From assembly GCA_040218735.1 (NCBI GenBank), contig JAVJQW010000057.1:500005-564004 (forward strand): a DNA stretch of 64,000 nucleotides, in the 5' to 3' direction. This document shows, piece after piece, positions 36,980 through 48,325 of this stretch (position 1 is the stretch's first letter; the number at the start of each line of letters is the position of its first letter). The notes beneath the pieces were generated by a model. It was given only the letters and a program-made list of their open reading frames with translations. It did no database searches and was not told the DNA's origin. Source of the DNA: Deltaproteobacteria bacterium. GTDB lineage: Bacteria > Myxococcota > Kuafuiibacteriia > Kuafuiibacteriales > Kuafuiibacteriaceae. The position numbers were made by a program, and so were the translations under genes.

Positions 36980-37318
36980 CTAGTAACGATCGCGGTCGCG
37001 ACCGCGGCCACCGCCGCCGCCGCCGTAGCCGCCGCGACCACCGCCGCCGCCGCCACCGCCGCCGCCACGGCGATCCTGCGCCTCGTTCACGCGCAGCGAA
37101 CGGCCGCCGAGCGGCTGGCCGTCGAGCGCCTCGATCGCGGACTGCGCGTCCGCATCGGAAGCCATCGTCACGAAGCCGAAGCCTCGCGGGCGTCCTGTCT
37201 CGCGATCCATGATGATCGCGACCTCCTTCACATCACGGCCGTCGGCCCCAAAGTGATCCCGAAGCTCCTCTTCGGTCGTGTTGTAGTTCAGGTTGCCCAC
37301 GTAGAGCTTGTTTCCCAT
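36980..37318 (-). CDS. RRM RNA-binding protein with Gly-rich tail
   Basis: RNP2 LYVGNL; RNP1 RGFGFVTM. Confidence 0.95.
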   Translation of the reverse strand: MGNKLYVGNLNYNTTEEELRDHFGADGRDVKEVAIIMDRETGRPRGFGFVTMASDADAQSAIEALDGQPLGGRSLRVNEAQDRRGGGGGGGGGGRGGYGGGGGGRGRDRDRY

Positions 37319-37501
37319 CTCTTCGAATCCTCAATACCGGACGGCGATTTCAGTCGCACCGATGCGACCGTTCGCTTCACCGTCCATCTTCTCTTTTTCG
37401 TTCAGGCTCCCGCGCGCCGCCGGTCGTCTGGAAATCTCTCTCTCATCGGTCTCGGACTGCAGGGCTGGCGCCCCTTTGCGCGATCGTGAACCCAGGGAAA
37501 T

Positions 37502-38470
37502 CTACACCCGGGGTGGCAGGGACCTGTCAAGCGCGGACGTCTCGCGGCGACGCTCCGAGGCGAACCAGTCCTTCGTCCGAACCCGGTCGGACCAGGGCGT
37601 CCCGGGGAGCCGCCCGTCGGCCTGGAACTCCGTCAGCCGGGCGTCCTTCTCGACGAACCGATCGAAGACCCAGGTCGAAAGCTCCGCCTCGTCCGACGGC
37701 ATCGCGTCGATCGGGTAGCGCTCCACGTGCACGTCGATGCGGCGCACCTTCGCGGCGAAGCAATCGGGGAGATCAGGCGTGAAATCCGGGTACGCGATCG
37801 TGATGTCGTAGACGGCATCCAGGTGATCGCGCAGGCCGGTCATCGTCGCGACGAAGCCCTTCGTCCGGGGCACCAACGTGTGCGCCGGGACGTGGTGTCC
37901 GCGCTCCCCGGCGAACGCCTGGGCCTGCGCGAGCTTGCTGGGGGTGAGCCGTGTGCCCTCCAGGAATGAGACGAGGAACAGCGGGATGTCGTCGCGGCGG
38001 TACTTCGCGAACAGGCGCTCGATGTTCGAACGGTCCTTCATCCAGTCGCGCTTCACGTAGACGCAGTCGAGGAACTTCATCCCCCACCCCACGCCCGGTA
38101 CCCACTTCACGACGTCCTTCACGAAGAACTTCATGTCGCCGAGGCGACCGCACCGCCACGCGAAGCAGAGCAGCACCATCACGTCGGTCATCGTCTGGTG
38201 GTTGGGGATGAGCAGCGCGTTCTCGCGCTTGGGGATGGGGGCGCCCGTGAAGCGGATCTCGATGCCGTTCATCTGCTCCGCCATCAGGACCCACATCCCC
38301 CAGATGGATCGTGCGCACCACCGATTGATCGCGCGGCAGAGCCGTCGCGAGAACGGATAGACGAGCGCGCTCGCCATCTGAATCGGGTTGAGGATGAAGA
38401 TCAGGTAGGCAAACGAGAGCGCACCGGCCGACAGACCGAGGAACCGCCTGATCGGACCCGGCCCTTCCAC
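37502..38470 (-). CDS. Lysophospholipid acyltransferase (PlsC/YihG/LCLAT-like)
   Basis: NHQTMTD (HX4D), FLEGTR, LVPRTKGF, YDITIAY. Confidence 0.9.
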   Translation of the reverse strand: MEGPGPIRRFLGLSAGALSFAYLIFILNPIQMASALVYPFSRRLCRAINRWCARSIWGMWVLMAEQMNGIEIRFTGAPIPKRENALLIPNHQTMTDVMVLLCFAWRCGRLGDMKFFVKDVVKWVPGVGWGMKFLDCVYVKRDWMKDRSNIERLFAKYRRDDIPLFLVSFLEGTRLTPSKLAQAQAFAGERGHHVPAHTLVPRTKGFVATMTGLRDHLDAVYDITIAYPDFTPDLPDCFAAKVRRIDVHVERYPIDAMPSDEAELSTWVFDRFVEKDARLTEFQADGRLPGTPWSDRVRTKDWFASERRRETSALDRSLPPRV

Positions 38471-38513
38471 CGGTCCGTCCTAACAGAACGGGCGCGCGTG
38501 TGGAAACGGCGGA

Positions 38514-39311
38514 TCAGACGACGGTGCCGGGTGGCAGCTCGCGTTGGGGCGCGGCGTCGGCGCCTTCGACGTCGCCGAGGCCGACGAGGTCCACCGAGTC
38601 CAGCTCGATGGTGATGGAGATCTGCTCGTCCTCGAAAGACTCGAGCGCGGCGAGCTCGGAGTCGTCGACGGAGACCAGCACCGACAGTCCAACGAAGTCG
38701 ACCGCCGCGTGTTGCTGTCGCACCCGTCCGGGGAGCGAGAGGGTCCGCGCGGTCGTCGGGTGCACGAGCGTCACCCACACATCCCGGCCGAGCCCGATCC
38801 GAACGTCGGTCCGAATCATCAGCTCGTCCTGGTTGCGGATGAACGCGCAGACGGCCTCGACGGACGTCGAAGAGTCGAGGAGGACACGAAGCTCCGCGGG
38901 GCCCGCGTCGAGGATCTTGGGCTCGGGCGGCGGCGCTCGCTTCGGCGTCTCGATCGGCTTCTCGGTCACGGCGAACGGCGTCCGGCCGGATCTCAGATCG
39001 ACGATGAACCGATCCCACTCGTGGCGGGTGGCGGGATCCAGCCCGAACAGCTGAATGCCCACGGCGTGATCTCCGCCGTCGCGCTCGACGATGTGCACCG
39101 CCATCGCGGTCAGGCGGAGCGGCTCCTGGAGGTTCGGGAGCTCGACCTCGAGGCGCAGGAGCTTGCGGGCCGTCGGCGGGCTGCGTGTCGACACGAGGAG
39201 CCCGTCGAAGCTGACGTTGCGGACCAGCGCAGGCGTAGCACGACGCCCCTCGAGCACGATGATCGGTAACTCGACGGCGTAGCGATGATGTCGACGATGC
39301 TCGGCGCTCAT
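38514..39311 (-). CDS. PilZ domain protein
   Basis: RRHHR (RxxxR) and NVSFDG (D/NxSxxG) motifs. Confidence 0.8.
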   Translation of the reverse strand: MSAEHRRHHRYAVELPIIVLEGRRATPALVRNVSFDGLLVSTRSPPTARKLLRLEVELPNLQEPLRLTAMAVHIVERDGGDHAVGIQLFGLDPATRHEWDRFIVDLRSGRTPFAVTEKPIETPKRAPPPEPKILDAGPAELRVLLDSSTSVEAVCAFIRNQDELMIRTDVRIGLGRDVWVTLVHPTTARTLSLPGRVRQQHAAVDFVGLSVLVSVDDSELAALESFEDEQISITIELDSVDLVGLGDVEGADAAPQRELPPGTVV

Positions 39312-39478
39312 AGCCCAACCCTGCTCATCGGGCGATGCACACCTCTCCTGGAGCCACGGGTGCCCGGGTCGTGACGGGTGATCCGGATCGAGACAATCCC
39401 GGCCCTGCGATCCCCTTCGAACCGGCGATCGCGCCACGCAGAACCCTTTGCTTTCCCTCGGGCGCCGGTCGGGGTTGA

Positions 39479-41197
39479 ATGTATGCGGCGGTGTCGGTCG
39501 ACCAGGAAATGCGAGCCCTGTCGCGCGACGTCGCGTCGGCCCTGGGCGCGTTCACGCGGGTTGCGCGTACTCGGCCACTCTACAGCGTCCGCAACAAGGT
39601 CGTGGACGGCCTGATGAAGATCCTCGTGGAGGCCTTCGACGGACTCTTCCGCATGGTTCCCGAGGTGTCGCTCGTCGTGCGACCCGACGCGTTCCTCTTC
39701 AACGACGACCGTGTACTGGAAGAAGACGACGTCGATGCGTCCATCCCGTTCCTCTTCTACCGTGACGGAGTCCGCCGGATCGACTTCATGCGCGGCCTCG
39801 AAGAACGCGAGCTGGAGGTCCTGCTCGACGCCACCGCAAAGGGCTTCACGTACCGCGGCATGGAGGACGACCTCGTGTCGTTCCTCTGGCACCAAGACCT
39901 CCGCCACATCCGCTACCTGACCGTCGACGTCGCGGTCGTCGACGCGCCGACCGCGGACATCGACCTCGACGCGCAGATCGACGCCCTCCTCTACGCGATC
40001 TACGGCGACACCGACGACGACGTCGGTCCACGCTCCATCCACCTCGACAGCTCCGACATCTCTGCCAAGTCGATCGCGGACGGGCTGGGGTCCGTCGACG
40101 AGATGGCGCCCGGCTTTCACCCCAGACGCACGTTTGTCTCGGCCCCGGCGTACGGGAAGAGCTACGTCGAAGAGCTCGAGACCCACGACCCCGAAGCGCT
40201 CCGGATCGAAGCCACCCGCGCAGGCCTCGAAGCGTTCTCCGCGGACATCGACAGCCAGGACGCCGTGCTCGCCGGCATCGCCCTGTTGCGCCTCTTCGAC
40301 GGCGCAGTGGTGAGCCAAGATCTCGAGGGGATGCGCCAGATCATCGAAGGCGTCCGCGCGGCCGAGCCCGCCCCGCGCGCGCAGACCTGGCTGACGGAGG
40401 CGCTCTCCGAAGCGCGCGTCCGCTCGATCATCACGACCGTGCAGTCCCGTCCCGAGACCGAGGACGACGTGCGCAAGCTCTTCGAGCGCGCCGGAGAGGC
40501 GGTCGTCCCCAGCGTCATCGCGGCGCTCCCGTTGCTCCCCGATCCGCAGGTCCGCCGACGCTTCTCGGACCTCGTCATCGCGTTGGGCATCAAGGACCGC
40601 GACCACGTCCACCAGCTCCTCCAGAACGACCAGGCCTTCGTCGCACGCGAGGCGCTCTACTTGCTCTCCCACGTCGGCCACCTCGACGACATGCACGCGG
40701 TGCGGCAGGTGCAGGTCCACCCCAAACCGCAGGTTCGGCTCGCGTTGCTCGACATGATCAACCGGATGCCGCTCGACGTCGCGGAGGCGGTGGCGATCGA
40801 TCTCCTCGACGACAAAGAAGCGCGCGTGCGCGTCGCGGCCGCGGAGGCGCTCGTCGAGCTGGGTAGCAACCGCGCGCAGCTCGCGGTCGCCAACATCGTC
40901 CAACGGACCGACTTCGCGAGCGAGCCGCAGTCCGTGAAGGCCGCGTTCCTCCGCGCGTACGTTCGACTACAGCGCGCCGGCTCGATGTACGTCATCTCCC
41001 AGATGATCGACGCCGCCGACCGGCGCCTCGTTACGAAGGGGACGGAAGATCTCGCGCTCGCCGCCGTCCAGGCGCTCGCCGCGAACCCGAACCAGCAGAC
41101 CGTCGATCGCCTCAAGGACGCGTGCCTCTCCAAGAACAAGGGCGTTCGGGAGATGGCCAAGGGCTACCTCAAGCAGATGAAGTCGGAGCGGAGCTGA
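39479..41197 (+). CDS. HEAT repeat protein
   Basis: LFYRDGVRRIDF N-terminal domain; HPKPQVRLA and DKEARVRVAAAEAL repeats. Confidence 0.85.
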   Translation: MYAAVSVDQEMRALSRDVASALGAFTRVARTRPLYSVRNKVVDGLMKILVEAFDGLFRMVPEVSLVVRPDAFLFNDDRVLEEDDVDASIPFLFYRDGVRRIDFMRGLEERELEVLLDATAKGFTYRGMEDDLVSFLWHQDLRHIRYLTVDVAVVDAPTADIDLDAQIDALLYAIYGDTDDDVGPRSIHLDSSDISAKSIADGLGSVDEMAPGFHPRRTFVSAPAYGKSYVEELETHDPEALRIEATRAGLEAFSADIDSQDAVLAGIALLRLFDGAVVSQDLEGMRQIIEGVRAAEPAPRAQTWLTEALSEARVRSIITTVQSRPETEDDVRKLFERAGEAVVPSVIAALPLLPDPQVRRRFSDLVIALGIKDRDHVHQLLQNDQAFVAREALYLLSHVGHLDDMHAVRQVQVHPKPQVRLALLDMINRMPLDVAEAVAIDLLDDKEARVRVAAAEALVELGSNRAQLAVANIVQRTDFASEPQSVKAAFLRAYVRLQRAGSMYVISQMIDAADRRLVTKGTEDLALAAVQALAANPNQQTVDRLKDACLSKNKGVREMAKGYLKQMKSERS

Positions 41198-42684
41198 TGC
41201 AGCTGTCGGACGGCCCTGCGGTCCCGACCGTCAGCGACAAGGTCGCGGAGAGCTCACGCTCGTTCCTGCTCGGGCTCTTCATGAGCCTGCGCACCTCACA
41301 GATCCACGACACGTCGAACAAGGCGTTCGAGAAAGCGCTGCTCGCGGTGCACGAGACCGCGACGACACTCTTCAAGGCGACCGGTGGGTTCCGGATTCAG
41401 TTCGTCGACGAGTCGGTGTTCGTGAACGGCGCGCGCATCCGCCTCGAGCGCTCGGCGTTCACGTCGGTGCGCGCGCTGAAGGCCTACCTCGAGGAGCAGG
41501 ACATCGGCGGCATCTCGATGACCGGGCCGCCGAGCTACGACGCGATCAAGCGCCTCGTCCTCGGCCTCGCTTCGCGCGACCACGAAGAACGCATCACGGC
41601 GCTCGGCGACGCCGACCTGGAGCTGCTCGGGCTGCAGGCGATGGCCGACGAGGTCGACCACGAGGTGCGCGTCGACCGCCGCATCCTCGCGGTGCAGTCG
41701 TACGGCAAGCTCGTCCTCGCGATGCGCGAGCAGCTCGAGCACGCGGAGCGCGGGAGCACCGACCTCCCGAAGTGCCGCATCCGCGCGGTGCGCGTCATCC
41801 AGGACATCGTGGAGCTGGTGAACGAACGCGCCGACTTCATCCTGCGCCTCGCGACCAACCAGCGCGGGACGGAGCTCGAGGAGCTTCACGGCGTGAACGT
41901 CGCGCTGCTGTCGATCGCGATGGGCGCCGCGCTCGGACTCCCCCGCCGCGAGCTGGTCGACCTCGGCATCACCGCGATGTTCCATCACATCGCCGTGCGG
42001 CGGCACCGCTACGACGGGCGCCTCCGCCTCGGTCGCGACGTCACGCTCGGCTCGATCGGCCACTTGATGTTCCAGTCCGGCGGGAGCGACGCGGCGTATC
42101 ACCGCACCGTCATGCTCGCGCAACATCGGCAACGCGACCGCGACCTCACCGGCGTACGCAAGACGCGGCCGATCCTCGGCGCGCGCATCCTCGGCGTCGC
42201 CACGGTGTACGACCAGCTGCTCGGCGGCTTCGGTACGCGCGACGAGGTCCCCGCCCACCCGCTCGAAGTCCTTCGTGTGCTCTACCTGGACGAGACGGGG
42301 CGCTTCGATCCGAACCTCGTCGACCTGATGATCAACCTCATGCGCGCGTACCCGGTCGGCTGCGAGGTGGTGCTCTCCGACGGCCAGCACGCGGTGGTCG
42401 AGTCGCACCTCGGCAGCTCACGGTGGGACCGCCCGGTCGTCAAAGTCGTCGGCACACACGACGTCGTCGACCTCATGCGCAAGAGCGACGAGCGCTTCGA
42501 ACGCAACATCCGCGGCACGCCGCTCTACTGCGGCAAGATCGCCCGCGGGACGAAGCCCGACGCACCGTCGGGGTACGACGACGCGCTGCCGGAGCCGGAG
42601 AAGATCGCGACACCACAACCCGCGGCGGCGACGCGCGCGTCGCTCGACCAGATGCTCCAGGACTTCCTGGTCGATCCCGACTGA
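41197..42684 (+). CDS. HD-GYP-like protein with degenerate catalytic motifs
   Basis: HGVNVALLS, LGITAMFHHI, ARILGVATVYD, FDPNLV, YPVGCEVVLSDG; TGATG coupling to the HEAT gene. Confidence 0.8.
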   Translation: MQLSDGPAVPTVSDKVAESSRSFLLGLFMSLRTSQIHDTSNKAFEKALLAVHETATTLFKATGGFRIQFVDESVFVNGARIRLERSAFTSVRALKAYLEEQDIGGISMTGPPSYDAIKRLVLGLASRDHEERITALGDADLELLGLQAMADEVDHEVRVDRRILAVQSYGKLVLAMREQLEHAERGSTDLPKCRIRAVRVIQDIVELVNERADFILRLATNQRGTELEELHGVNVALLSIAMGAALGLPRRELVDLGITAMFHHIAVRRHRYDGRLRLGRDVTLGSIGHLMFQSGGSDAAYHRTVMLAQHRQRDRDLTGVRKTRPILGARILGVATVYDQLLGGFGTRDEVPAHPLEVLRVLYLDETGRFDPNLVDLMINLMRAYPVGCEVVLSDGQHAVVESHLGSSRWDRPVVKVVGTHDVVDLMRKSDERFERNIRGTPLYCGKIARGTKPDAPSGYDDALPEPEKIATPQPAAATRASLDQMLQDFLVDPD

Positions 42685-42771
42685 GCTCGCGGCTACGCCA
42701 TAACGCAGCGCCGCTCCGCGGCCCTGCTTGGCACAGCCGTCGGACCGACCGCCTTCGCGCTCGGCCTCCGG

Positions 42772-44556
<1,785 letters not shown>

Positions 44557-44694
44557 GGAAGATACTACCCGACACCGATCGGCTACCTGGACCGCCCCTC
44601 CAGCGGGGCAACCACGCCCTTCGGAGCGCATGTCTCGTATCGACGCAGTCGAACCATGGCGCCCACCCGCCGGACCGAACTACGCTCCCGCTCC

Positions 44695-46191
44695 ATGCGA
44701 AGACTGCTCGTCCTCTCCCTCCTCGTCGGGCTGACGGCCTGTAAGAAGTCCAAGGACACCGAGAAGACGACCGCCCCGCCGAAGGCCGTCGCCGCGCGGG
44801 AGGCACCCGCGCCGAGCGATGTCTTCACCCGAATCTGGGAGGGCACGCTGGAGTCGAAGTACGGGTGTGACGACTACGACTACTTCCCCGACGGCGGGAT
44901 GCGGAACCTCGCGTGCCACCTGCAGACCGTCGTGCCGTACACCGAGCTGCTCGCCGCGGCCGGCGGCGTCTGGGCCAAGGGACCGCACGGCACGCAGCGA
45001 CTCCGGCTCGACGCGGAGGATGGGTTCGGACACTACGACCCGAAGTTCGTCGACTTCCTCGCGGACAACGCGGTGATCGGCGCGCGCAGCGGCAAGATCA
45101 AGGCGGCGACGCAGCCGATCTACGACCAGGTCTTCTCGAACCTCGCGAAGATCTATCTGCGCGCGAAGATCCAGCTCGAGCGCGACCCCGACCTCATGCA
45201 GCGCGAGCGCGCCTATCTCCTCGCGCACCTCGAGTCGCCCAAGGAGCAGCGCCCGATCGATCGCCTGCGCGAGTACGAGCCGGAGGACGCCTACAACCTC
45301 TACGGCCCGGCGCTCGCGTTCTGGATCCGCCGGGACGTCGACGGCACCGCCGACAAGTTCGAGGTCGGCCTTCGCCGGCTCCTCAAGGCCTACGAGCCCG
45401 CGGCGATCCGCGCGATCGAAAAGATGGAGCTCGCGAAGACGGAACCGATCGTGGCGCCCGGCGAAGCCGCGCCGTCGCCCGCGACGGGGGTGCCCGACGG
45501 CCCGATCGACACGATGATCGCGGCGGCCTGGCGGCAAGTCGGGACCTCTCCGTTCGCCTGCCCGGACAAGTTCGAATACAAACCCGGCGGGATGCAGATG
45601 GCGTACTGCTACGTGCGCGGCCTGATCGACTACCCGGTGTTCAAGGCGAAGCTCCCGACGCGCATCTTCGAGAGCGGACCGCACGGCGAGGGCCTCGACC
45701 TCGGCAACGAGAAGTCGTTCGGCCACTACGATCCGAAGTTCGTCACCTGGTTCGTCGAGCACGCCATCCCCGCGAACCGCGACGGCGCGCTCCGCGCCGC
45801 CACCCAAGCCGCCTACGACGATCGCTTCCGCATCGCGGCCCGCGCCTTCTATGCCGCGCACCTGCGCCTGAAGGACGACGCCAACTTCCGCGCCGCGGAG
45901 AAGAAGAAGTACGAGGCGTACATCGAGAGCGGCGGGCAGCCCCCGTTCTGGACGTACTGGGAGAAGATGCCGGGCGACTACTCCGCCCAGGCGATCGCCG
46001 GCACCGGCGTCGCGTTCTGGCTACGACGCCAGATGGACGGCACCGACGCCGAGTTCCTCCGCGGCCTCGAGAAGCTCCTGTCGACCTACGACGCGGAGTT
46101 CTTGGGCTGGGCGAAGCAGGTCGGCTTCGACGGGTTGTTCAAGGGGCCCGAGTACTTCGCGGATCCGCCGCCCGAGAACGAAGGCCCGTGA
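44695..46191 (+). CDS. Lipoprotein made of two tandem copies of an uncharacterised domain
   Basis: Lipobox LTAC; GGM..C...GPH...FGHYDPKFV...ATQ..YD...AFW.RR..DGT occurs twice. Confidence 0.8.
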   Translation: MRRLLVLSLLVGLTACKKSKDTEKTTAPPKAVAAREAPAPSDVFTRIWEGTLESKYGCDDYDYFPDGGMRNLACHLQTVVPYTELLAAAGGVWAKGPHGTQRLRLDAEDGFGHYDPKFVDFLADNAVIGARSGKIKAATQPIYDQVFSNLAKIYLRAKIQLERDPDLMQRERAYLLAHLESPKEQRPIDRLREYEPEDAYNLYGPALAFWIRRDVDGTADKFEVGLRRLLKAYEPAAIRAIEKMELAKTEPIVAPGEAAPSPATGVPDGPIDTMIAAAWRQVGTSPFACPDKFEYKPGGMQMAYCYVRGLIDYPVFKAKLPTRIFESGPHGEGLDLGNEKSFGHYDPKFVTWFVEHAIPANRDGALRAATQAAYDDRFRIAARAFYAAHLRLKDDANFRAAEKKKYEAYIESGGQPPFWTYWEKMPGDYSAQAIAGTGVAFWLRRQMDGTDAEFLRGLEKLLSTYDAEFLGWAKQVGFDGLFKGPEYFADPPPENEGP

Positions 46192-46198
46192 GGTCGAG

Positions 46199-48325
46199 CT
46201 ACCAGCCGACGGCGTAGACCGAGATCGCCATGTGCGCGATCAGCAGCACGAACATGATGATCGAGATGCCGATGTGGATGCCGCGCCACTGCGCGAGGAG
46301 CCGCTTCGACAGGTTGTAGAACTGCATCCGCCGGTCGATCACCGAGCGCCGGCTCATCAGCCGCAGCGTCGTGCGCCGCAGCCGCTTGTTCTTCATCTTC
46401 CCCATCGTCTTGAAGCGGAGCGCGAACTCGGCCGTGATGCGGTCGAGCTCCGACTTCACGAGGAACGCGAGGAACCCGACCGCGCTCATGCTGTCGGTCT
46501 CGGCGTTGCGCGCCTCTTGTGACTTCTCTTGCGCCTTGAGGAACTGCGCGAGCACGTTGGCGCTCATCGTCATCGCGGCCCACTGGTCGGCGACCTGCTG
46601 AATGCCGGCGTCGAGTTTCTTGCGCTCGCGCTCCGTCGACGCCTCGAGCTTGGGGATCGCCGTGTAGAGGAAGCGCCCCACGATGCCGGACAGCACGATG
46701 CCCGTGACACACCACCACAGCGTGAACACGAGCGGCCGGTCGGCCGGGCTGAAGATGTTGAGGTCGGTGTGGAACAGCGACAGCACCGGACCGGCGAGGC
46801 CGAACACCACGTGGAAGTCGAACCACGTCTTGGAGCTACCGATGCGCCGCAGCCCGGGGACGTGCAGGCGCAACGTGTAGAGCGCGGAGATCGTCATCAT
46901 GCCGGCGCCGAAGTAACCGAGCCACCGTCCGAAGCCCGTCACCGCGCGGAAGCGCAGGTCGATCGCAGCGGCCGTCGCGGGGCCTTCGATGAGCCCGACG
47001 AACAGCTTCCACACCGACAGGTCCGGCTGGATCTTCCGCGCGACGAACTCCCAACCGCAGATCAGCACCGCGATCGTCGCCGCGATGAACAGCGCGTACA
47101 TCCCGAGCACACCCTGCTGCCGGGTGGTCTCGGCGTACCCGTGCTCGAACGGCGCGGGCTCGAAGAACTTGTCGGCGCGATCGATGTAGCCGCCGTCGCG
47201 CCGGAACAACGCGCGCGGATCGATCTGGATGATCGCCCCCGTCGGGCACGCGGTGATGCACGCCATGTCGGAGAAGCCGAAGCAGTGGTCACACTTGTTC
47301 GCGATGCGCTTCGCCTTCTTCTTCTTCTTGGGCGCGGCCTCCTCGCCCTTCGCGATCACCGTCTTCGGCTTGTCCTTCGCGGCGAGCTGCACGAGGTCGA
47401 CCTCGGGCGTCTCGTCCTTGATGTCGACCATACGAATGGCCTCGTGCGGACACGCCTTCCCGCACAGCGTACAACCGACGCAGTTGTCGTAGACGATGAC
47501 CTCGGAGTCCTCGTCGTAGCCGATCGCGTCGAAGTTACAGACGTCGATGCAGCGCGCGTCCTCGCAGGTCCGGCAGTTGAGCGTGAACTGAATCAGCCCC
47601 AGCCTCGGACCGAAGCGCTCGATGCGCGAGATGCCGTGTCGATCCTCGCAGGCCTTCACGCACTCGTCGCAGTCGATGCACTTGTCGGTCTGGATGATCT
47701 TGATCGCCTTCGCGTACTCGAAGCCTTGGCGTACGTAGAAGTCGAAGATCTCCGCGCGGTCGTCGAGCTTGAGGAGCGTCTGCCGGTAGTACGCCTCCTC
47801 GCCCTTGATCTCGACCGCCTCCTTCACACTCGGCAGCTCCTCGAGCGCGGTCTCCATCGCAGCCTTCGGCAACTTCAACAGCGCGCAGTGCACACACGTG
47901 AAGAGCGCCATGTCGTACTTGTTGCCGTCGTCGCTGCGCGCGTACTCGACGTGTTCGTTCGTGAAGAACTCACCGACGTCGAACATGGAGACGATGCGCT
48001 TCGCCACCTGCATCGTCGGCGTGATGCGCTTCTTCTTGTTCTTCGGCGGCTCGGGGACCTTGCCCTGCTCGAACTCCGCAAAGGCGATCTGCCCCTTCAG
48101 GAGGAAGTAGAACGCCGGCGCTTCCTTGTCGTCCGCGCGCGGGAGCACACGGTCCTGCTCGACGCGCACGACCTCCGCCGAAGCCGCGATCCGCTCCATC
48201 TCCGAGTCCGTGAGATCGCGGAACAGATCGAGCCGCCGGAGAGCGTCGATCGGATCGTCGGTGACCTCGCCGTACCCCGGCGCGGACTCCGTCGGCCGCA
48301 GCTCGTGGCCGGCCGGCGCGCTCAT
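46199..48325 (-). CDS. cNMP-binding-like plus multi-4Fe-4S ferredoxin plus His-containing membrane domain fusion
   Basis: LFRDLTDSEM N-terminus; CIDCDEC, CRTC, CVGCTLC, KCDHC, ACPTGA; TM His residues. Confidence 0.85.
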   Translation of the reverse strand: MSAPAGHELRPTESAPGYGEVTDDPIDALRRLDLFRDLTDSEMERIAASAEVVRVEQDRVLPRADDKEAPAFYFLLKGQIAFAEFEQGKVPEPPKNKKKRITPTMQVAKRIVSMFDVGEFFTNEHVEYARSDDGNKYDMALFTCVHCALLKLPKAAMETALEELPSVKEAVEIKGEEAYYRQTLLKLDDRAEIFDFYVRQGFEYAKAIKIIQTDKCIDCDECVKACEDRHGISRIERFGPRLGLIQFTLNCRTCEDARCIDVCNFDAIGYDEDSEVIVYDNCVGCTLCGKACPHEAIRMVDIKDETPEVDLVQLAAKDKPKTVIAKGEEAAPKKKKKAKRIANKCDHCFGFSDMACITACPTGAIIQIDPRALFRRDGGYIDRADKFFEPAPFEHGYAETTRQQGVLGMYALFIAATIAVLICGWEFVARKIQPDLSVWKLFVGLIEGPATAAAIDLRFRAVTGFGRWLGYFGAGMMTISALYTLRLHVPGLRRIGSSKTWFDFHVVFGLAGPVLSLFHTDLNIFSPADRPLVFTLWWCVTGIVLSGIVGRFLYTAIPKLEASTERERKKLDAGIQQVADQWAAMTMSANVLAQFLKAQEKSQEARNAETDSMSAVGFLAFLVKSELDRITAEFALRFKTMGKMKNKRLRRTTLRLMSRRSVIDRRMQFYNLSKRLLAQWRGIHIGISIIMFVLLIAHMAISVYAVGW

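Noticed and set aside
42728-42745. TTGGCAC as a sigma-54 promoter
   Set aside because: No TTGC at -12, and it lies between convergent genes.
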